Source: Verrucomicrobiota bacterium
GTDB lineage: Bacteria; Verrucomicrobiota; Verrucomicrobiia; Limisphaerales; AAA164-E04
DNA length: 64,000 nucleotides
Direction of reading: 5' to 3'
Assembly (NCBI GenBank): GCA_047947115.1
Contig: CP170459.1
Span: 32,001-96,000, forward strand
Numbering within the stretch: position 1 is the first letter of the stretch; every line of letters begins with the position of its first letter. Below the pieces are notes generated by a model. That model saw only the letters and a program-made list of their open reading frames with translations, searched no databases and was not told where the DNA came from. Positions 40,425 through 50,668 of this stretch are shown in pieces. The position numbers and the translations under genes were made by a program.

Positions 40425-42533
40425 ATGGCTTCATTTAGCGCAAAGGTTTACGCCTTATATTTTCAATGCATGGTTCATTGCTGCAAAAAGAAACGAACAG
40501 CCCTTTTCTTGCACCTGCTGGTATTTGGCCAACTGTTGCACGGCCAAACTGTGGGTTTCGAACAGGCCAAACCTGGACCATTCAACAGATTGGAAACTGC
40601 TTTAGGCATATGGGAAAAAGAAACGGGCCTGTCTAAAATCGATGATCAACACGCCAAGATGGGAAGGCAATGCCTTCAACTCCAGGGAGGGACTCAAACA
40701 AGTATCACACTCGATCTGGCCGATGACATCAAAAAACCCGGAGACCTGACCTTCTGGGCCGAACGATGGACCGCTCGGAAACCGTTTACGTTCCGCATTG
40801 AAAAGAAATCCGGCAATGAATGGGAAGAAATCTACAACGGCGACGATCAAATCCTCGTCGGCGGAGCCTTTCTTTCCCAAATTTCCGTGCATCTTGACGA
40901 TGCCAACATCAAGCGCCTGAGATTTTCAGTAAGTAGCCCGCCCAATACCGGTGTGCTGATCGATGATGTCCGATTCGTACCGGCCCGCCCGCAAAAAATC
41001 GTGAACATTCAATCTGTCCCATTCACATTACCTGCTCTGGTGGGAGTCAACGCGAGTCCTTTGCTGAAAGTTAAAATAGAAACGGAAGGCAGCCTAAATC
41101 CAATTTCTCTAACAGAAGTCCAAGCAACGCTGATCTGCAGGGAAGGCGATGTGGAATCTGCATGGGCATACTTCGGCGGCCCGAATGACGTTTTCACAAC
41201 TGATACAACATTTGGCAAACGGATGAATGTCGGCGTGTTATCGGATACACCACTGACATTCTCGGGCAGGCAAACACTGCAGAGTGGAGAAAACTACGTT
41301 TGGATTGCATGCAAGCTTAGAAATCATGCCAATATCGATCATCATGTGGGAGCAAAGATCACCAGCATATCAACATCCAATGGCCCGATCGTATTAAAAT
41401 CCAATCCCCCCTCCATGCAGAGAATGGGCGTTGCAGTGCGTCATGGTGGAGATGAAGGCATCCACACTTTTCGTATCCCGGGCTTGGCAACCACCAACGA
41501 CGGCACCTTGATCGGAGTCTACGATATACGAAGACGAAGCGACGGCGACCTTCCGGGTGACATCGATGTCGGCATGTCCCGCTCAGCAGACGGCGGCGGG
41601 ACATGGGAGCCCATGAAAAAAATCATGGATATGGGAGCTGATCCCGATTGGCGCTACGACGGCATCGGTGATCCCGCAGTGCTTGTTGACCGAAACACGG
41701 GCACCATTTGGGTGGCGGCAACCTGGAGTCATGGGAATCGGTCATGGGTGGGTTCCGGCCCCGGTCTGGAACCTGAAGAAACAGGCCAACTCATGCTGGT
41801 GCGCAGTGATGATGATGGCTTAACGTGGTCAAAACCCATCAACATCACGAAACAAATAAAAAGACCTGAATGGAGCTTTATCCTGCAAGGGCCAGGCAAA
41901 GGTATCACCATGCAGGATGGAACCATTGTGTTTGCCGCACAATACCAGGATCCACCCAGTCCCAATAACAAGACCGCTCATCGCCTACCGCATTCCACCA
42001 TCCTCTATTCAAAAGATCATGGCAAAACCTGGCAGCTGGGCACCGGAGCTTTTGATGACACAACGGAAGCACAGGTTGTTGAAATACAACCCGGCTTACT
42101 CATGCTGAACTGTCGATACAACCGCGGTTCGGTGCGAGTGGTCATGACCACAGAGGATATGGGGCTCACCTGGAAAAAACACCCGACCTCAGAGCGCGCC
42201 CTGATCGAACCACGTTCCTGTATGGCAAGCCTGATTCATGTGGATCGGGAAATGGGAATGAAACCGGGCAATCGCTTGTTATTTTCAAATCCCGACAGCA
42301 CCAGCGGCAGGCACCACATGACTATCAAAGCATCCATGGATCACGGTTTCACCTGGCCAACAGAGAATCGTCTACTGCTCGATGAAGGCATTGGTGCCGG
42401 CTATTCCTGTATGACCATGATCGATGAGCATACGGTCGGCATTCTTTATGAAGGCAGCCAAGCCCACATGACGTTTCAAAGGATTGCCCTGACAGATATT
42501 GTCAATGAACCAGCCCTCAACAAACAGAAATAA
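40425..42533 (+). CDS. Exo-alpha-sialidase (GH33)
   Basis: FRIP motif, five Asp-boxes (SADGGGTW, SDDDGLTW, SKDHGKTW, TEDMGLTW, SMDHGFTW), GYS, GILYE. Confidence 0.93.
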   Translation: MASFSAKVYALYFQCMVHCCKKKRTALFLHLLVFGQLLHGQTVGFEQAKPGPFNRLETALGIWEKETGLSKIDDQHAKMGRQCLQLQGGTQTSITLDLADDIKKPGDLTFWAERWTARKPFTFRIEKKSGNEWEEIYNGDDQILVGGAFLSQISVHLDDANIKRLRFSVSSPPNTGVLIDDVRFVPARPQKIVNIQSVPFTLPALVGVNASPLLKVKIETEGSLNPISLTEVQATLICREGDVESAWAYFGGPNDVFTTDTTFGKRMNVGVLSDTPLTFSGRQTLQSGENYVWIACKLRNHANIDHHVGAKITSISTSNGPIVLKSNPPSMQRMGVAVRHGGDEGIHTFRIPGLATTNDGTLIGVYDIRRRSDGDLPGDIDVGMSRSADGGGTWEPMKKIMDMGADPDWRYDGIGDPAVLVDRNTGTIWVAATWSHGNRSWVGSGPGLEPEETGQLMLVRSDDDGLTWSKPINITKQIKRPEWSFILQGPGKGITMQDGTIVFAAQYQDPPSPNNKTAHRLPHSTILYSKDHGKTWQLGTGAFDDTTEAQVVEIQPGLLMLNCRYNRGSVRVVMTTEDMGLTWKKHPTSERALIEPRSCMASLIHVDREMGMKPGNRLLFSNPDSTSGRHHMTIKASMDHGFTWPTENRLLLDEGIGAGYSCMTMIDEHTVGILYEGSQAHMTFQRIALTDIVNEPALNKQK

Positions 42534-42568
42534 ACCCACAGGATTGGAAAGCCAAACATTTCTCAAAT

Positions 42569-42660
42569 CACACAAGGCCACCAAGGCCCCAAATAAAGCT
42601 TCTTTTCCACATTTAGCCCAGCCCCTCCAAAAAAACTTTGTGTCCTCGTGCCTTCATGTC
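42569..42660. repeat. Imperfect inverted pair of CTTTGTG-type repeats between convergent genes
   Basis: CACAAGGCCACCAAG versus CTTTGTGTCCTCGTG. Confidence 0.5.
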
Positions 42661-43652
42661 ATTGTGCGATACATGCGTTTTCGACGTTTCATTGTTCTGC
42701 GAGTGGCTTCTTCGGAACCATCGTGATCCGAGCCAAACCAGACATCCCAGGGAGCGTCCACGGTTCCGTAATTGCATTCGAAATAACGATGATGTAACTG
42801 ATGATGAAAATCAGCTGAATCAATCAAGCCCACATCCTTGGCCAATAACTTTTCAAATCCGGAGTGGGAAAACGCCGGCCCCAAGCATCGGCTGTAAATA
42901 TGAAGTAAAAAGATGACGGGATGCGAAGGAACCACCCAATGAATCAGCACGGAGGACATATAAATAATCTGCTCGACCGGATGCATCGACATACCTGACC
43001 AAGGACCGATATGAATGTTGCGATGATGCAAACGATGGATACTTTTATAGAGGGGCGGCCAATGTAACAAGCGATGGATCAGATAAAAATGGGAAGAGGT
43101 CAAGATGGGAAGCACGAGCAACCAGGCCACAAATGCAACAGGTTGATCTCCCATACCAAAGGTTGGAACATGCCCCCTGGCGAACGCATGAAGATAAGCA
43201 ACTTCGTAAATGGACCAAATGGTGGTGCCACCCGCCAACGACCAAAATGCATTGTCCCAAACCTGGTTACGGAAGGTAAATTGCTTTCCTTTCTCAAGCT
43301 GCTCTCGATGATCGTACTTGAGCCGGCTGCCCTGAGCTCGAAACGAAAACAAATACAAGTGAAGACCACCTGCAACCGACATCATGAGTATATAGTTTCG
43401 CAAGAACAATGGCAGAACCCAATCACTGGAAAGTGTCTGCATGACAGCCAGGTCGGGTAAGCAGCATCGGCAGACAAAGATAGCCAACAGCAGAAAGAGG
43501 ACATTACGCGAAAGCGTGACCCACCGTTTGGTCAGGGCGACAAAAATGTCTCTCGGCTTTGGAGGCCACGAAAACAAGGGGGAAAAAACAACCGGAGTCT
43601 GGTGATTCCATGGTTCCCTCCCTGATGAAACCTTTTTATCAATGACCGGCAT
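42654..43652 (-). CDS. Sterol desaturase / fatty-acid hydroxylase family membrane enzyme
   Basis: His boxes HRLLH, HRLHH, HHQLHH; SMHPVE; CNYG. Confidence 0.9.
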   Translation of the reverse strand: MPVIDKKVSSGREPWNHQTPVVFSPLFSWPPKPRDIFVALTKRWVTLSRNVLFLLLAIFVCRCCLPDLAVMQTLSSDWVLPLFLRNYILMMSVAGGLHLYLFSFRAQGSRLKYDHREQLEKGKQFTFRNQVWDNAFWSLAGGTTIWSIYEVAYLHAFARGHVPTFGMGDQPVAFVAWLLVLPILTSSHFYLIHRLLHWPPLYKSIHRLHHRNIHIGPWSGMSMHPVEQIIYMSSVLIHWVVPSHPVIFLLHIYSRCLGPAFSHSGFEKLLAKDVGLIDSADFHHQLHHRYFECNYGTVDAPWDVWFGSDHDGSEEATRRTMKRRKRMYRTMT

Positions 43653-43836
43653 GCGATTGAGTTTAAATGAATCCTGGCAGCGATTTCGACAACATTTTAA
43701 CGGTCAAAAGAGAGGGCGATGCCATGTTGCGACTTGGAGAATAGCCAAAGCTTTGATAGGATAATGATTGAAACTGAGAGAAGACGTCTTCCAAAGCACT
43801 TGGAGTTAAGAGCAAGCATGATAAAACAGGAAAACA

Positions 43837-44541
43837 ATGATGAGCATTCATTCCAATCAAACAGATGATCTTTTGTCACCCGAACAAATCACGGAATTAA
43901 AGGCGGGCATCGAGCAGCATTTCAAAGAATCCAATTATCACGTGTATTTCACGCCCATTGAAGGGAGTCCGGTGAGGACCCATGACTTTCAGTTTCACCT
44001 TTGCAGGAAACTGACGGATGGAAGACATTGGATGTCCCAATGCCCCATTTTCATCAACCTCCAAATGTATGCCCAACTTCTGCAAACTGGAAAATTTGCC
44101 TGCTTTTTGGAAACCATGGAAGAAATGATGTTTGGAGTTGGGCAATACAACCAAAAGCTGTCTCACATTATCTTCGATTCCATCTTCAATGGAAAAAGCG
44201 AGCAATGGATCAATGAATATAAAACCAAAGCGATGCCGGCATTGGATTACTCCTATTTGGTCCTACATGATGATTTGGATAAAATCCACAGCGTTGCCGA
44301 GATCGAAACTTACAACGCCCGTTTGAAAGACTTTTTTCTGAGTATGTTCGGTATGCAACACATCAACCTGCATCAACCCGCTACGGATACTTATTTAAAA
44401 GACATCGCCATAGAGTTCCCAATAAACCAGACGATGCAAGGGTTCTCATACAGAGAGTTTGTCGGCATGATGTTGGAGAAGGAGGTCTTTCACAAATGGA
44501 TATTGAACACCCTAAACAGTTCGATTGCCAATGCATCGTGA
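43837..44541 (+). CDS. Hypothetical protein, no family recognised
   Basis: 234-aa ORF, upstream AGGA, AT-richer than neighbours. Confidence 0.7.
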   Translation: MMSIHSNQTDDLLSPEQITELKAGIEQHFKESNYHVYFTPIEGSPVRTHDFQFHLCRKLTDGRHWMSQCPIFINLQMYAQLLQTGKFACFLETMEEMMFGVGQYNQKLSHIIFDSIFNGKSEQWINEYKTKAMPALDYSYLVLHDDLDKIHSVAEIETYNARLKDFFLSMFGMQHINLHQPATDTYLKDIAIEFPINQTMQGFSYREFVGMMLEKEVFHKWILNTLNSSIANAS

Positions 44542-44560
44542 CAGCATCGGTTGACTGAGC

Positions 44561-46471
44561 TTATTCAATGGTGAGCAAATCAACGGTGACAACCGCGTAT
44601 GGAGGCAACAACAAATTAAGAACACCATTTGGAATGACAAATTCCTCCGACGAGGCTTGAAAGACATCCGGTTCGGCCATCGCTTGTTGGACAGTGTCCG
44701 GTTCCAATACGCGCACACTCACGCACAGGCACTCAAGTTGAATGTCGATCTCCTTCGTTTCGGATGTCAGGTTAGCCATGAGCACGCGCTGCTGTTCGCC
44801 TTGACTCAACAGAAGGCAGGACATTTCTCCGGCTTCCTCGACATCCACCAACGACACTTCGGAATAACCCGCCAAGTCGCGGAAGACATGGTAGACAGGA
44901 AAGACACCTCCGGGAATGGATTTGAAAATGGATGGATACTGAGATCCCGATGCATGCTCCATGATGCCCTGACTTCCTATCGTCTCAAAAAAAGTCGCGC
45001 TGTGTACCTGGGGATGAGTCAGCAGATTCGCAAAGCTACCCACTGTCCATGCAGCGGTGAATAGTGAGGATTGTCTGAGATCCACCTTTGACGGCAATTC
45101 ACCTGCGCCAACCGGCCTGTCCTTGCCGATTGCATTCGGATTGAAACGCGGTTTCAAGGTGACGGGAGAAACAACTGCAGGTCTGCCAAATAATTTCCAT
45201 GCGCTCTCGACCGTGGATGATTGCACCTCCAGTGTTTCGATCAAAGACATGTCGTCAAATGCATGGACTTGAGGATTCACGGAATAACAGGGAAAGGCGT
45301 GCTCTCCGACACAATCTGGGTTGCGGTTCAGTTCGGCAAAATTAGCATCCGTTCCAGCTGCAAGAGGAATCTCAAGACCCACGTGTTCCATGATGGACTT
45401 AGCCTGTTCGAAGAAAGATGGATCAGTGGTGGCCTGGGTTTCATTGAAAATTTGGATCAATGTTATAGACACATCCTCTGCCTTCAGGTATTCGACAAAA
45501 GCCTGAAACTCCTCACCTGCTCGCTCCCCCAGGTGGACAGCCAGGTGCAGTTTGGTACCAAATTCTGCGCCGAGCTGGGAAGACATGAGCACCTGTTCCT
45601 TCCAATCACGTCGCGAAGGATACACGGGCATGCAAAGGTGATTCATTCTAATCGCCCTTAATCTTTCAATGGCAGCCTCATCATGTAAGAAAATAGGCGT
45701 TGCCAATCCCAATCCCACACGCAAGGCCACAGGTTTCGAAGCCATACCGGTATCCAACTCAATTTTTTGGGCATCCGAGGATTCTACCGAAAGGACACTT
45801 GCATCTCCATGAATCTTGATTTGGATACATTGATTTACTTTTTCACCACGACGCATCTTGACCGGAGACGGCATTTCGAGTGGCGTGCTGTATGTTTTGA
45901 ATGAGGCATCTGTCCAATTACGTTGATCCTCCATTTCAAAAACGTCTCCTTCAAATGTTACTTCCGTCTCGATTCCAGGGGCAATGGCATGCCCGATCAT
46001 ACTGATGTCCTTGAAAGGCTGGTGTGGAGAAATGTGGGTGGGGAAGTTGGATTGAGTTTCGGAACCATCAGTGTGTTTCACTCGGCAAGGTTTGCCGGCA
46101 CACTCGGCAACCGGATGAAGCAGGCACAATCCTATACGGTTTTTGAAAAACTTCGCTTGAGCGATTCCATCAAAGTCGAACCGAACCGCTCCATTTTTGT
46201 CACCGGTCAGTTTCCCGATCCACTCAAAATGGACATCACCGGATTGACAAACTGCTTTGAAAGCAATCTGAAAATTGTCCGATTCAATTCTTTGTTCCAG
46301 CATGGAAATGCGCGGTTGGACCGTATCCCAATTCTGATCACGCACCGCGCCGAAGATAGCGCGAATCAGCTCATGCCTCCCCAATCGAATCCGTCGAATC
46401 CATCCTGTTTCAGGATCAAATAACATCTCCAAAGGTCCGGCAGATAATGTGAGTAGCTTCTGTCTTTTCAT
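44561..46471 (-). CDS. Probable D-apionate lactonase (ApnL)-family protein
   Basis: AVRDQNW, KNRIGLCLLHP, FEMEDQRNWTDASFKTY, NFAELNR, NPQVHAFDD match my recollection of this family; not database-verified. Confidence 0.6.
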   Translation of the reverse strand: MKRQKLLTLSAGPLEMLFDPETGWIRRIRLGRHELIRAIFGAVRDQNWDTVQPRISMLEQRIESDNFQIAFKAVCQSGDVHFEWIGKLTGDKNGAVRFDFDGIAQAKFFKNRIGLCLLHPVAECAGKPCRVKHTDGSETQSNFPTHISPHQPFKDISMIGHAIAPGIETEVTFEGDVFEMEDQRNWTDASFKTYSTPLEMPSPVKMRRGEKVNQCIQIKIHGDASVLSVESSDAQKIELDTGMASKPVALRVGLGLATPIFLHDEAAIERLRAIRMNHLCMPVYPSRRDWKEQVLMSSQLGAEFGTKLHLAVHLGERAGEEFQAFVEYLKAEDVSITLIQIFNETQATTDPSFFEQAKSIMEHVGLEIPLAAGTDANFAELNRNPDCVGEHAFPCYSVNPQVHAFDDMSLIETLEVQSSTVESAWKLFGRPAVVSPVTLKPRFNPNAIGKDRPVGAGELPSKVDLRQSSLFTAAWTVGSFANLLTHPQVHSATFFETIGSQGIMEHASGSQYPSIFKSIPGGVFPVYHVFRDLAGYSEVSLVDVEEAGEMSCLLLSQGEQQRVLMANLTSETKEIDIQLECLCVSVRVLEPDTVQQAMAEPDVFQASSEEFVIPNGVLNLLLPPYAVVTVDLLTIE

Positions 46472-47016
46472 CTAGGTGCTGGAACACAGTGACTCCATTC
46501 GCGGACTTGTCAACTGATCAATATATGGGCGACTCATGAATTTGATGGCCACGGGTTTTTGAGATACTCAAACAAAGGACGATCATGACCATCTATGAGT
46601 CCCATCGTCCACCTTTTGGTCCGCCATGTCTAAAAGGACAAAATGAGGGACCGGGTTCAATCGGCTCCTCAAAGTTCAAGAGTCGACCGTATGGAAAAGG
46701 TCGCAACAGCAAAAGTGCCCGAACCTGTTGCATCGACAGCCAAAACGGATCCAGCTGGATAAGCGATTACACACCGGGCGGAAAAATGGCGGCGTTTCCA
46801 TTGCAGCGCAATGGCAATTCGAACGTCTGAGGTTTGAAGAGAATAAAGGCGGATTTTCTTCCTTGCCAAACAAAGTCTCAAAAATCCACACACGTGGAAA
46901 TTACCAAAAAGAATCGATCGCTTTCCCAGCCAATGAGTGTAGAGTTGACCTGGCACACATAACCAAACCACCATGATACATACATCGATTCAGATCACGA
47001 GACGAAGGGGCGTTCA

Positions 47017-47259
47017 ATGTTAGCGGAAAATAACAAAGTCAGCCGAATGGCGGTCATGATCGTCGGAATCATTTTTGTCGTCATCGGTTTCGTTGGCGAT
47101 AAACCAATGGAAAACCGAATACTCACCCTGGTGGTAGGAGCCATCTTTTTCGCTGCGAGCCGTTATGCCCAGGATACCTCATTTGAAGGAAGCATCGTTC
47201 TTGATGATGAGAATCGCGAACATGATCAGGAATCGGAAAGCAAATCAAAATCCAACTGA
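47017..47259 (+). CDS. Small two-TM membrane protein with acidic tail
   Basis: Two hydrophobic helices; GAAGGGG RBS-like sequence upstream. Confidence 0.65.
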   Translation: MLAENNKVSRMAVMIVGIIFVVIGFVGDKPMENRILTLVVGAIFFAASRYAQDTSFEGSIVLDDENREHDQESESKSKSN

Positions 47260-47571
47260 TCAATCGCTGTTTGGAGAACAAACGTCACCGCATGCTGCAT
47301 CCTTCTCTGATTCAAGCAAGCCAAAGGCCACACGAGCCGTCGCAGCGGTGACCCCACTGTTCACCGCTGCGGTCACAGCTACCAAAGCGTTCAGTTCGTC
47401 ATCTGAGATTCCAACATTGCGAGCCTTCTCAACACGGTTTCGTGTGCAGACCTGGCAGCCGCGGGTCATCGTTACAGCCAACCCGACAAGGTGCTTTTCC
47501 CGCTCGCTGAGCAAGTTCGTGCTATGGGTTGCTTGAATGTGGTCTACTATCAATGTGTCGTCGTATGCCAT
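47260..47571 (-). CDS. Carboxymuconolactone decarboxylase/AhpD-like protein
   Basis: LSEREKHLVGLAV...GCQVC..ARNVGISDDEL. Confidence 0.8.
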   Translation of the reverse strand: MAYDDTLIVDHIQATHSTNLLSEREKHLVGLAVTMTRGCQVCTRNRVEKARNVGISDDELNALVAVTAAVNSGVTAATARVAFGLLESEKDAACGDVCSPNSD

Positions 47572-47726
47572 GTCATCTGATTTTTGGTTGATTCAAATGG
47601 ATATCCAAGGGATCGCAGGAAGTGTCGAGGTAATCCAACGATAATCAAAGTTCTTTTTTTACACTTTGATTTTGGAAAATGTCTTCTACTCCGAATCTGC
47701 AATTGGCAGATTACAATCTGTAAAAC

Positions 47727-48095
47727 ATGAATCCCTTACGCTTCATCCTGTCCTTGTGGATCGTGGGCAGCATTCTGGCCGCATGCTGCCTGGCCAAGAG
47801 CGCGGATTTTCATGAATGGCTCCATGACGGTGCAGGCTTTTGTCATGTGAAAGATGCCCATTGCCCCGATATAGGAAATGTGGGGCATCATCGTGAAGGA
47901 GAAAGTACTGAAGAACATCCGCATGGCTTGCTGACACTCATGGCGGGCGCCGCGATGGATAACCTTTGGACACCTCCACTCGTTCCAAACAACCCTGAAT
48001 CACATTGGTTATAAGTTGTTGAACATCGGAACGCTTCACCTGTCTCGGATTTCCTCGCCTCCCCTCTTGGTTGCTCTCCACCGGCCTTTAGCTGA
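47727..48095 (+). pseudogene. DUF2946-like His/Cys-rich leader ORF with an in-frame TAA at 48012-48014
   Basis: Signal-like N-terminus, FHEWLH, His/Cys-rich middle; the frame continues past the stop to ...PLGCSPPAFS*. Confidence 0.55.
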
Positions 48096-48248
48096 CACTC
48101 CAGTATTGTTTCCTCCAATTCCTGATCGAATGCCAAGTGCGCTTTTACCGTCTGATCACGCGCTCAAATCGAATGAAAAAGCCGCGCTGAAAAAATTTTC
48201 AAAAAATCGCTTGAAATGAGACTGAGTCTCAGTTTCATTGTAAATGTT

Positions 48249-49112
48249 ATGGGCAATAAGCAAAATCGTCATCAAGGTTTTACTCTCATCGAATTATTGG
48301 TCGTCATTGCCATCATCGCCATCCTGGCCGGGATGTTGATGCCCGCGTTGGGACGCGCAAAAGTAGCAGCTAAATCCATATCCAGCTTAAACAATCTTCG
48401 TCAACTGGGTCTGGGCTTACAACTTTACACAGCGGATTATGATGGATTCTTTCCAAAACATTCCTCTTTGAAATCGGAAACAACCGCCTTAGGCAGACCC
48501 AGAACGCGTTGGGCAGATTACATCTATCCGTTCATGCAAAACGAAAACGTCTACCGCAGCCCCAACCTGAGCAAAGAGGAACGTCCTAATATGAGCAAGC
48601 CCTTTGCCCATGCACTTCTGGAGGGGCGGGAATCGCTGTACGGCGGGTATGGCTACAACTACCAATACCTGGGCAATGCCCGCCGCCCCACTGAAGGCGA
48701 CCGCCCGTTTCACGCCAAGGACACAGCCATTCAGGCACCTTCTCAGACAGTGGCTATAGGCGACACCAAAGGCGCGCAAATGGGGGATCCGGAAAATCCA
48801 TATGGATTTGGAGGCTCCGGGGTTTATGTAATCGATCCGCCTTTAGGATCCTTTGGCATGGGTTCCAAAGGCAGCCGCAAAACCTCCGGAGGCCCTGGTG
48901 ACGGCAACGCCTATTACGAAGGAGGCACGGACGGCTCCCATGCGCATCGATCCACGCCGGCAGCACGTAATGGAGGCAAGGTCAACATGACTTTCGTGGA
49001 CGGTCATTCCGAAGCCATCACACCTGAATCACTGGATGGATTGAGATCTGACGGAAGCGGAACGCCCAACAACGCTCTGTGGAACGGCATCAACGATCCA
49101 CGCTTCAGGTAA
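48249..49112 (+). CDS. Prepilin-type N-terminal cleavage/methylation protein (DUF1559-like, H-X9-DG variant)
   Basis: QGFTLIELLVVIAIIAILAGML, NNLRQ, YGYNY, RNGGKVNMTFVDGH. Confidence 0.9.
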   Translation: MGNKQNRHQGFTLIELLVVIAIIAILAGMLMPALGRAKVAAKSISSLNNLRQLGLGLQLYTADYDGFFPKHSSLKSETTALGRPRTRWADYIYPFMQNENVYRSPNLSKEERPNMSKPFAHALLEGRESLYGGYGYNYQYLGNARRPTEGDRPFHAKDTAIQAPSQTVAIGDTKGAQMGDPENPYGFGGSGVYVIDPPLGSFGMGSKGSRKTSGGPGDGNAYYEGGTDGSHAHRSTPAARNGGKVNMTFVDGHSEAITPESLDGLRSDGSGTPNNALWNGINDPRFR

Positions 49113-49195
49113 ATAAACTGCAAGCAAGACGGTTAGGAAACCTGGAGAGCTTCCTCATAGAGGAGCGCGCCTGTTTTTTATTCAACCTTTGCGGA

Positions 49196-50668
49196 TCAGT
49201 TCAGCATCTGATTTAAACCGGATTTGACGATGGGCCGGCCGGCAACAAAAAGGTCGCGCGATTTGATGAGGGAGGCGACAACTTCCGGGACGAACACCTC
49301 CCACCCTTCTTGACGGTTTTGTATCATTTCCGCAACTTTGAGACTTTCGATTCCAAGATAGTTCGGATCGTAATCGCGAATGGCCTGGATAAACTGATTG
49401 TCATAAAGGTATTGATAAAGGTGTCGTAAGTGTGGCTCCACGAGCAGATTTCCCGCCGTGATCAACGCAGAACGTTTGGGTTCCTTCCAGGGATAAACGT
49501 ATAATTTGAGATCATTTTTAAAGAGTCGTCCGAAAGACTCAAGAATCCCGCCAGCCAAATCAGCATAATAGCGCTCATTAAAAATCTCCCTCAATGTCGG
49601 CACACCTATACTGATACCCAGCATCTTCTGCGTATGCTGGAAGAGATAGGCCGCCAGTCGATGAAAAGTCCCATAATTGGTGATGGCAACTGGATACCCC
49701 AGCGCGCTCAAACAATCAACACGATCTAGGTAGTCAGCATAATCAATCTTCAGTTGATCATGATGAGTGGTCAGATTAAATAGGGAGATTTCCTGGAGCA
49801 CCACCACATCCTCCGACTCGACTTTTGGTTCCTGAACAAACTGGGCCATGGAGCAGTCGAGCATGTCCATGGTTAGTTTAGTTACAGGACGAAAACTACC
49901 CCGCTGAACCAACACCGATTTTTTATAAAACAACTCCGAGGGTTCGACCATATCTCCTTTGGGGTTGAAAATGGCGGCATTGGCCAATCCAGTTTCGACA
50001 AGTTTCAGGCACATCAACCGATTGTCCACCCCCTCGAAGGCCGGTCCCGAAAACTCCACCACATCGACTTCCATCAATGTTTTGCCAATGTTGTCGGCCA
50101 AGGATTCAATGAGAACTTGAGGTTCCTGGTGGTGCATATAGGCTCCATATATCAGGTTGATTCCGAAAGCCCCGAGCGTTTCCTGATCCTGAAGGCTCTC
50201 CTTACCCCATAGCTGCACGTGGATAACAACTTGGGAAGGAGGAGCATTTGGAGCCGTCTGAAAACGAATTCCCAACCACCCCTGACCATTCTTCACTTTG
50301 GAATAACTTCGGGTAGTTACGGTATCGGCGAAAGCAAAAAACTGACTTTGACTACCTCGCTCGTGAGCAAGCCTTTCTTGAAGAAGTTGAAACTCGTGCT
50401 CCAACATAGTCTCCACGCGTTGCCGACTGACATAACGTTTGCAAGGGCCATAAATCGAATCACTAAAAGTCATATCGTATGCGGAAATAGTTTTCGCGAC
50501 CGTTCCCGAGGCTCCCCCCACCCTGAAAAACCAACGGGCCACTTCCTGCCCTCCACCTATTTCAGCCAAAGTGCCATACTTGCCCCGGTCCAGGTTGATG
50601 GCCAGAGCTTTTTGATGAGTGTCGGGTATCTCCTTTCGGATTGTTTGTTGTCTGGTAATTGTCTCCAT
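49196..50668 (-). CDS. Conserved cytoplasmic protein of uncertain function (nucleotidyltransferase-like; I recall this family often being labelled TonB-dependent receptor)
   Basis: KALAINLD..YGTLAEIGGGQEVARWFF, SAYDM.FSD, RGSFRPVT, LKLYVYP; no signal peptide or beta-barrel pattern. Confidence 0.6.
   Translation of the reverse strand: METITRQQTIRKEIPDTHQKALAINLDRGKYGTLAEIGGGQEVARWFFRVGGASGTVAKTISAYDMTFSDSIYGPCKRYVSRQRVETMLEHEFQLLQERLAHERGSQSQFFAFADTVTTRSYSKVKNGQGWLGIRFQTAPNAPPSQVVIHVQLWGKESLQDQETLGAFGINLIYGAYMHHQEPQVLIESLADNIGKTLMEVDVVEFSGPAFEGVDNRLMCLKLVETGLANAAIFNPKGDMVEPSELFYKKSVLVQRGSFRPVTKLTMDMLDCSMAQFVQEPKVESEDVVVLQEISLFNLTTHHDQLKIDYADYLDRVDCLSALGYPVAITNYGTFHRLAAYLFQHTQKMLGISIGVPTLREIFNERYYADLAGGILESFGRLFKNDLKLYVYPWKEPKRSALITAGNLLVEPHLRHLYQYLYDNQFIQAIRDYDPNYLGIESLKVAEMIQNRQEGWEVFVPEVVASLIKSRDLFVAGRPIVKSGLNQMLN

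Noticed and set aside
46472..47016. Short overlapping ORFs on both strands
   Set aside because: No motif or consistent frame; possibly decayed coding DNA but not assignable
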